Source: a virus (Duplodnaviria > Caudoviricetes). Taken from it: a stretch of DNA of 64,000 bases. Of the stretch, positions 18,388-27,262 are shown piece by piece. Both the position numbers and the translations under genes were made by a program. Location: the IMG/VR virus record IMGVR_UViG_2889049205_000001, positions 128,001 to 192,000 of that record; one strand, 5' to 3'. Numbering within the stretch: the first letter of the stretch is position 1; each line of letters starts with the position of its first letter. The notes beneath the pieces are model-generated. The model searched no databases and was not told the origin of the DNA. It saw only the letters and a program-made list of their open reading frames with translations.

Positions 18388-20364
18388 ATGTCAATCCCAG
18401 CTAATCAGCTGCCACAGGTGTCCATCGAACAGATGCTTATGGAGCTCAATCCGCAGCAGCGGCGTGCGGCGGAAATCATTTATGGGCCAGTTCTCGTTAT
18501 TGCGGGCGCCGGATCCGGAAAAACCAAGACCTTGACGTATCGGATTGCCAACATGATTGGCCGCCATAACATTCAGGCTAAAAACATGTTTGTTGCGACG
18601 TTTACGAATAAGGCAGCAGGGGAGATGAAGGAGCGGATTATCAAGGCATGCGGTCCAGATGCAGTTAGCGATATCTGGGCAGGCACGTTCCACAGCCTCT
18701 GTGTTCGTATCCTACGCCGCTTTGGCCATCATCTGGGTTATGACCCCAAATACTCGATTTACGACCAGGATGACTCCCACAGGCTGATCTACAAGGTGTA
18801 CCAGATGCACAGCGTCGAAGATAAGTATCATCCGAAGCAAGCAGCAGAGTTCATTGGCGACTGCAAGAACAACCTGGCCGACGTGGAGACGGCAATGGTC
18901 CATCGAGTTTACACGACCCAAGATGAAATGATGGCCATCGTGTACCGGGATTATCAGATGATGCTCAAAGAGGCCAATGCTATGGACTTCGATGATCTCA
19001 TTATGAACACGGTCATGCTGCTGGAGAATTTCGAAGAGGTCCGAAACTGGGCTCAGAACAAGTTCCAGTATGTGATGAGCGACGAGTACCAGGACGTCAA
19101 CCATGCGCAGTTCCGGCTGCTGCAGATGCTGGCATGGCCACAGAATAACATTTTCGTCGTCGGGGACGATAAACAGTCCATCTACCGATTCCGTGGCAGC
19201 GACATTGCTCACATCATGAACTTTGAGGCTGTTTACTTTCCGTGTAATACGGTTCAACTCACGATCAATTACAGATCCAATGCGACCATCGTGGCGGCCG
19301 GCAACGGCGTAATCAAGAACAACACACGTCAGAAGGAAATGACGCTAATCGCCAACAAACAGGGCGGGCAGCCGATCAACGACGTGACGCTGGAGAATGA
19401 ACACAAGGAAGCCGCATTCGTGTCCTGGCTGATCCAGAAGGCTGTTAAGGAAGGAAAGCGAAAGTGGAGCGACTTTGCGATTCTCTATCGGACGAACAAC
19501 CAGTCGGCGCCGTTTGAGCAGTTATTTCTGCACAACATGATCCCGCATAAGGTCGTCGGAGGGCTGGGCTTCTTCCAGCGAGAGGAGATCAAGGACATTG
19601 TCTCGTACCTTCGAGTGATCAACAATCCGAAAGACGATGCAGCGATCGGGCGGATCATGAACAAGCCGGCACGAGGCATAGGAGACACCTCACAAGATCA
19701 CCTTCAGGCTTTTGCGCTGTCTCATAAAGTCAGCTTGCATCGAGCCATGAAAATGGTCCGGGACATCGACAAGATCAATAAGCGAACGGGAACTAAAATC
19801 ACTGAGTTCGTGGATCTGATAGAACACTTCCAGAAGTTCTTGGACATGGACGTCTTGAGGTTCTGCCAGTACGTGCTGGATCAAACCGGCTACGTCCGTA
19901 TGTGGGAAAACAAGGCGACGCCGGAAGCTCAAGAGAAAGTTGAGAACATCCAAGAGTTCTTGCGTCTTGTTGAGCGTTACAAACAAGAACATCCAGATAA
20001 AGAACTGAGCGAATTCCTTCTTGAAACTTCCTTGCTCATGGATTTCGATAATCCAGCTGCGGATAATTCGGTCAAACTCATGACGATGCACTCCAGTAAA
20101 GGCTTGGAGTTCCCAGTTGTGTTCATTGTCGGCGTCAATGAAAAGGTGTTCCCATCCTGGCGCAGCAAGGATCAAGAGGACATCGAAGAAGAGCGTCGGC
20201 TGGCTTATGTCGGCATTACACGAGCTGAAGAAGAGTTGTATTTGACACACACCACCCAGCGGACAAACTTCCGTGGCGGTATGGAACTGGTTGAACCTTC
20301 TCGCTTCTTGGACGAACTTCCAGAAGAAATCGTAAGGAAAATGGAGATTCCGCAGAGAAACTAA
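18388..20364 (+). CDS. pcrA: UvrD/PcrA SF1 DNA helicase
   Basis: AGAGSGKT, TFTNKAA, DEYQD, VGDDKQSIYRFRG, NYRS, TMHSSKGLEF, EERRLAYVGITRA. Confidence 0.96.
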   Translation: MSIPANQLPQVSIEQMLMELNPQQRRAAEIIYGPVLVIAGAGSGKTKTLTYRIANMIGRHNIQAKNMFVATFTNKAAGEMKERIIKACGPDAVSDIWAGTFHSLCVRILRRFGHHLGYDPKYSIYDQDDSHRLIYKVYQMHSVEDKYHPKQAAEFIGDCKNNLADVETAMVHRVYTTQDEMMAIVYRDYQMMLKEANAMDFDDLIMNTVMLLENFEEVRNWAQNKFQYVMSDEYQDVNHAQFRLLQMLAWPQNNIFVVGDDKQSIYRFRGSDIAHIMNFEAVYFPCNTVQLTINYRSNATIVAAGNGVIKNNTRQKEMTLIANKQGGQPINDVTLENEHKEAAFVSWLIQKAVKEGKRKWSDFAILYRTNNQSAPFEQLFLHNMIPHKVVGGLGFFQREEIKDIVSYLRVINNPKDDAAIGRIMNKPARGIGDTSQDHLQAFALSHKVSLHRAMKMVRDIDKINKRTGTKITEFVDLIEHFQKFLDMDVLRFCQYVLDQTGYVRMWENKATPEAQEKVENIQEFLRLVERYKQEHPDKELSEFLLETSLLMDFDNPAADNSVKLMTMHSSKGLEFPVVFIVGVNEKVFPSWRSKDQEDIEEERRLAYVGITRAEEELYLTHTTQRTNFRGGMELVEPSRFLDELPEEIVRKMEIPQRN

Positions 20365-20389
20365 AGAATACATTAGCTTTTTCTCTCTT

Positions 20390-20443
20390 TCTAGTTTATA
20401 ATGTATTACATCAGGCAATAACTGTCTTATATTATAAACTAGA
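20390..20443. promoter_or_regulatory. 13-bp inverted repeat with operator-like site upstream of wHTH gene
   Basis: TCTAGTTTATAAT (20390-20402) / ATTATAAACTAGA (20431-20443); ATAATGTATTAC at 20398-20409. Confidence 0.55.
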
Positions 20444-20474
20444 GAGTTTCCTTATAGATTAAAGGAGGATTCGC

Positions 20475-21485
20475 ATGGCCGCCACTGCAAGAACAAGAAA
20501 GGTTGATCGCCAGGAATTATTCGATCATATCGCCAACTTAATTAAAAATTCACCCAACCAGCAGTCCGAAATCTCGTCCACAGATCTTGCGCATGAGTTT
20601 CAAGTAGAACCACCTACAATGGATCATCATCTCAAGGCTCTTGTTAAGGATGGACTAATTCGGGCAACAGAACGGCGAGGTCGCTACAATCGTAAAATTT
20701 ATGTGTTAACGGATGAAAGCAGTGGCCCATCGATCCCCGTAAGCGTTCCAAAAGAAGAAGGCTCATCCGAGATCGGATCTGCAGGAAGAAAGTGGCTTGA
20801 ACAGCGCCGAGCAGGCACAGGCTCATCCGTTACGGATATCTCGTCCAGGTTCAAGACAGACGATGAGAGCGCAACAACGGAACAGGACGCTTCACCGTTA
20901 ACACCGCAGCCGGCACCCGCATTGCGTGAAGAAGAAGCTCGTCAGCCCGAACTGCCGATAGATCTTGATCCTGTGGCAGCGCCTGCGCCAAGTGTCGGCA
21001 TCCCGGAGTTTTCCTTGGATCAAAAAATTCAAGACTTCCTTGCTCGATCTAATTCGATTCCTTCTGCAGAAGTCGTGCTGCAAAAGACTGACCGTGATAT
21101 CTTAGCTGTCGTCAATGAGACGATTCAGCAAAACATGATCTATCTCAAGGATCTTATGGATCAGCTCTCGACCGTGACAGACAAGAATTTGATTCTTGGA
21201 TTGGTTGAAGAGCGCAATCAGCTTATGGGTAAGATCACAAAGCTGGAAGAGGAAGTCAAAGGTCATGTGGCAATGATCACGAACATGCAGAAGCAAAACA
21301 AGCAGGAACAAGATAAAATCGATCAAAACCGAGTCAAAATGATGTACCAGGTGATGGTGAATACGATCGACCGTTTCGTTGATCAGCCCAACCAATCGAT
21401 GGCTCTGAGCCGGAACGAGTTCCGGAAGCAAGTCACCACTGAGCTTTCTAACCTCGTGAAATATGTACTTGGTGCAGAAAAGTAG
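20475..21485 (+). CDS. winged-HTH transcriptional regulator with C-terminal coiled coil
   Basis: STDLAHEFQVEPPTMDHHLKALVKDGLI...IYVL. Confidence 0.75.
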   Translation: MAATARTRKVDRQELFDHIANLIKNSPNQQSEISSTDLAHEFQVEPPTMDHHLKALVKDGLIRATERRGRYNRKIYVLTDESSGPSIPVSVPKEEGSSEIGSAGRKWLEQRRAGTGSSVTDISSRFKTDDESATTEQDASPLTPQPAPALREEEARQPELPIDLDPVAAPAPSVGIPEFSLDQKIQDFLARSNSIPSAEVVLQKTDRDILAVVNETIQQNMIYLKDLMDQLSTVTDKNLILGLVEERNQLMGKITKLEEEVKGHVAMITNMQKQNKQEQDKIDQNRVKMMYQVMVNTIDRFVDQPNQSMALSRNEFRKQVTTELSNLVKYVLGAEK

Positions 21486-21540
21486 GAGAGGCGCTTGTCG
21501 CTTCTCCTTTTTATTTTGTCTATAAAAGGCTGGTGTATGC

Positions 21541-21903
21541 ATGGAATGCCCGTATTGCGGCAGCCCCGCAGTTTTTATGACGCACAAGGAGTTCTACGGG
21601 CGGGATTATGGCGGCAATGTTTACGTTTGTCGGCCATGCGATGCCTACGTCGGGACTCACGGGAGAAGCAAGGCGCCATTAGGGACGATGGCGAATGCAG
21701 AGCTTAGACGGTATCGGAATCAGGCTCATGCAGCCTTTGATCCGATCTGGAAAAGCAAGAGCATGCACCGCACTGCGGCATATCGTTGGATGCAGAAGGT
21801 TATGGATCTCACGCCGCAGGAAGCGCACATCGGCATGTTCGATGTTCCGAAGTGCATTAAGCTTGTTGAAATTTGTAGTCGCTATCGCTCCCATTCATCA
21901 TGA
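21541..21903 (+). CDS. DUF3268-like zinc-finger protein
   Basis: CPYCG, C..CDAYVGTH, LGTMANAELR, AHAAFDPIW, HIGMF. Confidence 0.85.
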   Translation: MECPYCGSPAVFMTHKEFYGRDYGGNVYVCRPCDAYVGTHGRSKAPLGTMANAELRRYRNQAHAAFDPIWKSKSMHRTAAYRWMQKVMDLTPQEAHIGMFDVPKCIKLVEICSRYRSHSS

Positions 21904-21918
21904 AATAAACAAACGGAG

Positions 21919-23301
21919 GTGACGGGTGTGGGGAGAAAATATCCCGACGAATTTAAGCAAATGCTCAAAGACAAGGCCACGATCCTGGATGTAGTTTCGC
22001 AATTCGTGCAGATCCAGCAAAACGGGAATGCATTCGTAGCGATTTGCCCATTTCACAACGATACGGATCCGAGTATGCAAATTCGTCCGGATCTGAATAC
22101 GTTCGGATGCTGGGCATGTGGCGCCGGATCTAAGCATCATAGTAGCGTTCAATCTTGTGATGTTTTTGGATTCCTGAAAGGTGTCTTGAATTGCAATCTC
22201 GGCGAAGCGATAGAGTGGCTGGCCACTTTCTTGCATCAGCCGCTGCCGGCCCTTACGCCGGAGGATCAAAAGAAAGCAACGCTGCGGCAGGCATGGGTGG
22301 ACCATTGTAAGCAGGCTGCTGATCGGTTTACGGAAAGCCTCATGAATCACAAGGTTGCCTACAATTACTTGTATCATCGAGGTCTCAACCTGCATGACAT
22401 ATTATCATGGGGTCTGGGATTCGGCGATGACAAGGATACCGACTTCACCAATACCAGGGACCGAATTGTATTTTCGCTTCATGATTATTACGGAGATCTC
22501 GTGAGCTTCACTGGCCGGGTGTTGCTGCCAGATGAAGAGCTCAATCGAATCAACCAAGAACGGAAGTCGAGAGGGGAGAGGGAGATTCCGAAATATCAGG
22601 ATCGTTTCCCTATTAAGAAGGAAGATCCTTATTTCCAAAACCATCCGTATCCGGAATTCGATAAGCGAAATCACCTATATGGGATCCACTTGGCCAAGAC
22701 GTATATCAAGGACTGGCGGACCGCCATTGTCGTTGAGGGATGGACCGATGCGATCATGTTACATAAGTGCGGCGCACGTCATGCGGTTAGTACGATGGGT
22801 GTAGCGCTCACAGACGCCCAGATGGAGTTGATCAAGCGCTCCGGGGCCAAATATGTGATCACCATGCGGGACGGCGACAAGGCCGGCCTGGACGCCGCAG
22901 AACGGGACTGTAAAATTATTGAGCAGCATGGACTGATTCCAATGATCGTGCCGCTCGACAATAAGCTAGATCCCTTTGATTTATGCAAGGCGTATCTTGA
23001 CGGCATGGATGCCGAAGGAATGCTTAAATACATCGACCGGAACAAGCGCACCTATAAGCAATGGCTGATTCAGAAAGTGTTCAATGAGACTCAAGAGGGG
23101 ATCATGTACCATCATTCTGAGATTGCCTATTTGCAGAACATGCGGATGCAGAAGGTGATCGAAATTTTGAGCGCCGTCATGGTGCCGGTCGAGCAGGACA
23201 CGTATCTTCGCCAGGCTTCGGAGCTGTTCAACGTTTCGTATGAAGCTCTGCAAGCGCAAGTCAATCATTATGCGATTCAAAAAAAACATCTGGTGTCATG
23301 A
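21919..23301 (+). CDS. dnaG: DNA primase
   Basis: CPFHND...CWAC zinc finger, TOPRIM VVEGWTD, DGDKAG. Confidence 0.93.
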   Translation: MTGVGRKYPDEFKQMLKDKATILDVVSQFVQIQQNGNAFVAICPFHNDTDPSMQIRPDLNTFGCWACGAGSKHHSSVQSCDVFGFLKGVLNCNLGEAIEWLATFLHQPLPALTPEDQKKATLRQAWVDHCKQAADRFTESLMNHKVAYNYLYHRGLNLHDILSWGLGFGDDKDTDFTNTRDRIVFSLHDYYGDLVSFTGRVLLPDEELNRINQERKSRGEREIPKYQDRFPIKKEDPYFQNHPYPEFDKRNHLYGIHLAKTYIKDWRTAIVVEGWTDAIMLHKCGARHAVSTMGVALTDAQMELIKRSGAKYVITMRDGDKAGLDAAERDCKIIEQHGLIPMIVPLDNKLDPFDLCKAYLDGMDAEGMLKYIDRNKRTYKQWLIQKVFNETQEGIMYHHSEIAYLQNMRMQKVIEILSAVMVPVEQDTYLRQASELFNVSYEALQAQVNHYAIQKKHLVS

Positions 23302-23311
23302 GGTGCATTAC

Positions 23312-23866
23312 ATGATAGAATGGTTGAAGAAACATATTCAATTTCACGCTTTCGTTCGGGATGGCCGCTATTTTAATCGATTATTCTGGTTCCTGCCTGC
23401 AAAAGAGATCACCAAGCAGGAATTTGATACAATCATGAGTACGAAGCGCATTACGGAAATGCGATTCAAAATGGATCCGCATAAGATAGGTGACTTCTTG
23501 AGCGGTGTCCTCCATGATATCAAACAGTTCAATGAAGAAGACTTCTCTCCCTATGGAGAGCGGGTCGTTCTCACTCCCATTCGTTGTAAAGAATTTCTCA
23601 GATACGACGGATATGAGCTCGATGGCGTATGGAAATGCGAAACGGTGTCCGGCTCGTATATTCATGACTTCTCGATCCATGTAGCCGGCTTTTCTGGACC
23701 GGCCGTGGATCGAGGTGCTAAGCCGTCCGAGTGGCTGCCAGCAATGATTCAGCTTCAATTAAGCGGTGCTTCCGCTACTGAAGAAGATCACGATGCCTTC
23801 TTACGAGCGTTCAAAGCGGAGAAGATCAGGGAGGACTCCTCGGATGAGTTACGGGAACAACAATAA
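23312..23866 (+). CDS. hypothetical protein
   Basis: GAGGTG RBS. Confidence 0.65.
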   Translation: MIEWLKKHIQFHAFVRDGRYFNRLFWFLPAKEITKQEFDTIMSTKRITEMRFKMDPHKIGDFLSGVLHDIKQFNEEDFSPYGERVVLTPIRCKEFLRYDGYELDGVWKCETVSGSYIHDFSIHVAGFSGPAVDRGAKPSEWLPAMIQLQLSGASATEEDHDAFLRAFKAEKIREDSSDELREQQ

Positions 23867-24521
23867 AGGGAATGCGGGCAATGGTGGGTTCGATCTGGCT
23901 AATTACGAGACAGTCAAGCAGCGCAAGGTTCGCCTACGCAAGGACTATCCGAATTCAATCATTCATCCAATGACGATCTCCGGTATCGGCTATGCAAACA
24001 ATTTCGTTATGCATGTGGCGATGGTCTGGAAAGAGAAGACGGAGATGAGCCTGACACCTGAAGTGGTTGCAGCGATCTCCGATCTGGCCAAGAGTGCGAC
24101 GCATGACAATGCCGGCATCGTGGCGACGACGATCGCTATCATGACCAGGGCGGATAGCGTTGGCCACTCTTTATCCCTTGCGGGTGGACCCAAAGCGGAT
24201 AAGAATGCCTGGGTCGAGAACTCGGAGGAATCAGCGGTTGGCCGGGCACTGGATAATCTGGGGTACCACAGTGGATCCTGCAGCCAGGAAGAGATGATTA
24301 AGGTTGGCTACACAGAAGCTACACAGCAACAGCGTGTGCGCCTTGAGAACGAAATCAATGGCATCTTGATGGATCTGGCTGCTCGTCAGGTGAACTTAGT
24401 TCAACTGCACCAAGAGTGCATCCGGAGGACACGTCCATTCCAACAGCTGCATGAACTGTCCGTGGACGAACTCACGACAATACAGAACTTTCTCACGAGC
24501 AATCAGCCCATAACAGCATAA
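23844..24521 (+). CDS. putative Sak/Rad52-like ssDNA annealing protein
   Basis: YETVKQR...YP and ENSEESAVGRALDNLG motifs resembling phage Sak-like proteins. Confidence 0.5.
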   Translation: MSYGNNNKGNAGNGGFDLANYETVKQRKVRLRKDYPNSIIHPMTISGIGYANNFVMHVAMVWKEKTEMSLTPEVVAAISDLAKSATHDNAGIVATTIAIMTRADSVGHSLSLAGGPKADKNAWVENSEESAVGRALDNLGYHSGSCSQEEMIKVGYTEATQQQRVRLENEINGILMDLAARQVNLVQLHQECIRRTRPFQQLHELSVDELTTIQNFLTSNQPITA

Positions 24522-24547
24522 AAAACGTAATAACGGTATGAAATATG

Positions 24548-24576
24548 TTGATACTTAATTCTGTATCGCCTATAAT
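24548..24576 (+). promoter_or_regulatory. sigmaA promoter
   Basis: TTGATA-17-TATAAT. Confidence 0.8.
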
Positions 24577-24605
24577 CAAGGCATACATAGTTAAGGAGGG
24601 CTCAC

Positions 24606-25136
24606 ATGTCTAAGGATATCAGGGAGCTTGCCAAGGGACTGGTGGGCAGCCCGACAAACAACACCGCATTGCCTTCGGGTGGAGGTTTCCTCGGAGGTAA
24701 AAAGCAATCGTCAAGCAATGAACCATCTTCAGCGCCCGCTATTAATCATTCCCAGGTCGCAGCAGCTTCTGAGGCGACACCGGCCGCCCAAACAACACCG
24801 GCGCCAAGACGGCAGCAGCAGGTTGTACCGAAAGGCGAAAGAATGTATGATGATCTTCCCGCCGAAGCAAAGAAAGTGTACCGGGACGATGTGGATCCGG
24901 AGCGTTACGGCGTCAAGCCGCTTCAGCGCAACGTGCGCTATTATAACAAGGATATTGTCAAATGGCTCGGGGACTTCTCGGAAGAGAATCAGCTCGAGGG
25001 CGGCGAGGCGATTACGCAGTCCGTCTTGATCGAGACGCTGCTCGGTATCGCCATGTATGACCTGCAGCTGCAGCCGGACGGATTTAAATCCGCAAGAGAC
25101 GTTCGTCAATATATCTTGAGTAAATTAAAGGAATAA
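24606..25136 (+). CDS. hypothetical protein (disordered N-terminus, folded C-terminus; possible DNA-binding adaptor)
   Basis: monocistronic, with own promoter, AAGGAGG RBS and terminator. Confidence 0.75.
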   Translation: MSKDIRELAKGLVGSPTNNTALPSGGGFLGGKKQSSSNEPSSAPAINHSQVAAASEATPAAQTTPAPRRQQQVVPKGERMYDDLPAEAKKVYRDDVDPERYGVKPLQRNVRYYNKDIVKWLGDFSEENQLEGGEAITQSVLIETLLGIAMYDLQLQPDGFKSARDVRQYILSKLKE

Positions 25137-25148
25137 CGATCTATATTG

Positions 25149-25188
25149 AAAGGCATTACACAAATTTAAGTGTAGTGCCTTTTCTTTA
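25149..25188 (+). terminator. intrinsic terminator
   Basis: AAGGCATTACAC / GTGTAGTGCCTT stem followed by TTCTTT. Confidence 0.7.
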
Positions 25189-25242
25189 TGTATATATGTG
25201 GTATAATAGCTTAGAAATTAATCGGAGGTGTACTTTTCCACC

Positions 25243-25998
25243 ATGGAACTGATTACAGCTTATTTATATAATCAGTCGCCCATCGATGTATTTAACATCA
25301 TGGAATCGACATTCAAAAATATGACCTCATCGAGGTGGTTCGAGGAAGAACGTCAACCGAAGAATTTCAAGATCATGAACAAACGATTCAAGGTTGCCGA
25401 TGTCGTTTACCGGGTTGTTCTGCGATTCCGCTTGGATACGCCAGGAGTTTACACACTCGATACGCCTATCCCATTTGCAGTTATGCTCTCGGAGCGGTAT
25501 GAGGTCGAAAAAGCGCACGGGACGGAATCCCGTTACAAAGACGTCAAAGTATGGCACAGCAAGGAAATGAAGAGCACGATCGGCTACTTCCAGGCGGGAG
25601 TTCCCGTAGTGCTGATTAATGAAGTCATTGATGATCTTAAAACGGTGATTCAACATGTTGATGCGCCAGAGGTCGATATCGATCTTTACTCGGCGCAGCG
25701 ACGACCAATCCGCATGTTTTTGGGTGGCCAAGAGATTGGGGAGGTCCAATCGGTTTCAATCACGCCTGAGCGAGATATTAACGGGCGGCCGGTCCGCCGT
25801 GTGAATGTGCTTGGCGGTGGGGATATTTCAGCTGCTCTTGAAGCGGACGCTATCGCTCTCATTCGTCGTGAAATAGGGGTCGGCGTCGCAGAGGCAGAAC
25901 GCCTTTTTCATCGGCTTATCGGCAGCGCAGACATCGGAGAAGAAGCTATTTTAAGATCGATTCGAAATTACATGGACGATACGGAGGATGAGTCGTAA
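25243..25998 (+). CDS. hypothetical protein
   Basis: extended -10 TGGTATAAT and GGAGGTG upstream. Confidence 0.7.
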   Translation: MELITAYLYNQSPIDVFNIMESTFKNMTSSRWFEEERQPKNFKIMNKRFKVADVVYRVVLRFRLDTPGVYTLDTPIPFAVMLSERYEVEKAHGTESRYKDVKVWHSKEMKSTIGYFQAGVPVVLINEVIDDLKTVIQHVDAPEVDIDLYSAQRRPIRMFLGGQEIGEVQSVSITPERDINGRPVRRVNVLGGGDISAALEADAIALIRREIGVGVAEAERLFHRLIGSADIGEEAILRSIRNYMDDTEDES

Positions 25999-27251
25999 TG
26001 CGATACATGAATGATCCATTATCCAAGATTACTTCAAGGTGTATCGGTACACACCTGGGTTTCCCGGAAAATCAGCCGATCACAGCGCTCGACATCAAAT
26101 GTCATGACGGTGAGCCGCTTCTTGAAATGACCAAGAAAGCAGCTCAGCCTCACCGCTATGGGATCGAGGAGAATACATACCAGGCACGCTTGGCGCAGAG
26201 CAACGGCTTCGACAAGGTATGCCGGTCGGACTACAAGAGCCAATCGAAGATCACGAATGAAGTGTTCTCCATGGTATTGGCCAACCCGATCGTTGACGAT
26301 CGCTTCACAGATGAGCTTTTCCGTGATTTTGATCCGTTTAAGGTTCCGAACTTTGAGGCTGAAGAGCGGGCTCGCATCGAGGCTATGGCACAGCAGATGG
26401 AAATGATCGACTTCGGTGATGAAGGCCAAACCGAAGAAGAGATCCAAAAACGGAAAGAAGAAGCTGACAGGCAGCTCAAGAAAGCAATAGAAGATCGAGA
26501 GATCGCCTTCCGTCGTGCTCTATTTGAACAAGAAAAACGCACGGAGCAGTATCGGTGGGACCGGTTCGTCTTGAACTTCGTCAGTAAGTATTTGATGCCC
26601 GGCGGGATCCTTGTGTTCGTGACGCCGAAGGAATTTATCGATGGCCAAATTTGCTTTAAGTTGGCGAGCAGCTACGAGGACGTGAAAATTTTCCGTCTGG
26701 AAGATGAAGAGTATGCCGAACAGCGGAAATGTATTATCTTCGCCAAGAAGCGGCGGCAAGCGAATCGTGATCAGGATGCGGCACGGGTGCTTATGCAGTA
26801 CCGGCTGACACCGTATAAAGAAATCCCAGAGATCAGTTTTCAACAAACACCAATGTACCAGGTGCCGATGAGTAAACCGGAGTGGATCGAAAACTTCAGG
26901 GTAGGCCCTATCACTGGTGACGAGGTCCTGGGCGCCCTGGGCAAGTCTCCGCTTATCTCGAAGTATGTAGAGACATACGGATCGGTGCTGAACAATGAGG
27001 CGCCACAGCCGCCTACGCAGTTGCATAAGGGGCATGTTTCCTTGCTGCTTGCGAGTGGACTTTTGAACGGTCATATCGGAACCGGGCCCGACCAGCATCT
27101 GGTTAAGGGCAGTGTCATCAAAATGTCGAAGGAAACGACCGAGGAAGAAGAAAGCGAAGATGGCACCGATGTGCGCATCAAAGAGCGAGAGTTCTTCAAT
27201 ATCGGCATCAAGTACCTCGATCGTCACGGAGAATTTCATCGATTACTTTAG
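25998..27251 (+). CDS. DUF6094-like class I methyltransferase-fold protein (degenerate motifs)
   Basis: ALDIKCHDG, YGIE, FSMVLANP, YLMPGGILVFVTP; paired with SNF2-like helicase. Confidence 0.65.
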   Translation: MRYMNDPLSKITSRCIGTHLGFPENQPITALDIKCHDGEPLLEMTKKAAQPHRYGIEENTYQARLAQSNGFDKVCRSDYKSQSKITNEVFSMVLANPIVDDRFTDELFRDFDPFKVPNFEAEERARIEAMAQQMEMIDFGDEGQTEEEIQKRKEEADRQLKKAIEDREIAFRRALFEQEKRTEQYRWDRFVLNFVSKYLMPGGILVFVTPKEFIDGQICFKLASSYEDVKIFRLEDEEYAEQRKCIIFAKKRRQANRDQDAARVLMQYRLTPYKEIPEISFQQTPMYQVPMSKPEWIENFRVGPITGDEVLGALGKSPLISKYVETYGSVLNNEAPQPPTQLHKGHVSLLLASGLLNGHIGTGPDQHLVKGSVIKMSKETTEEEESEDGTDVRIKEREFFNIGIKYLDRHGEFHRLL

Positions 27252-27262
27252 GAGGATGAACA

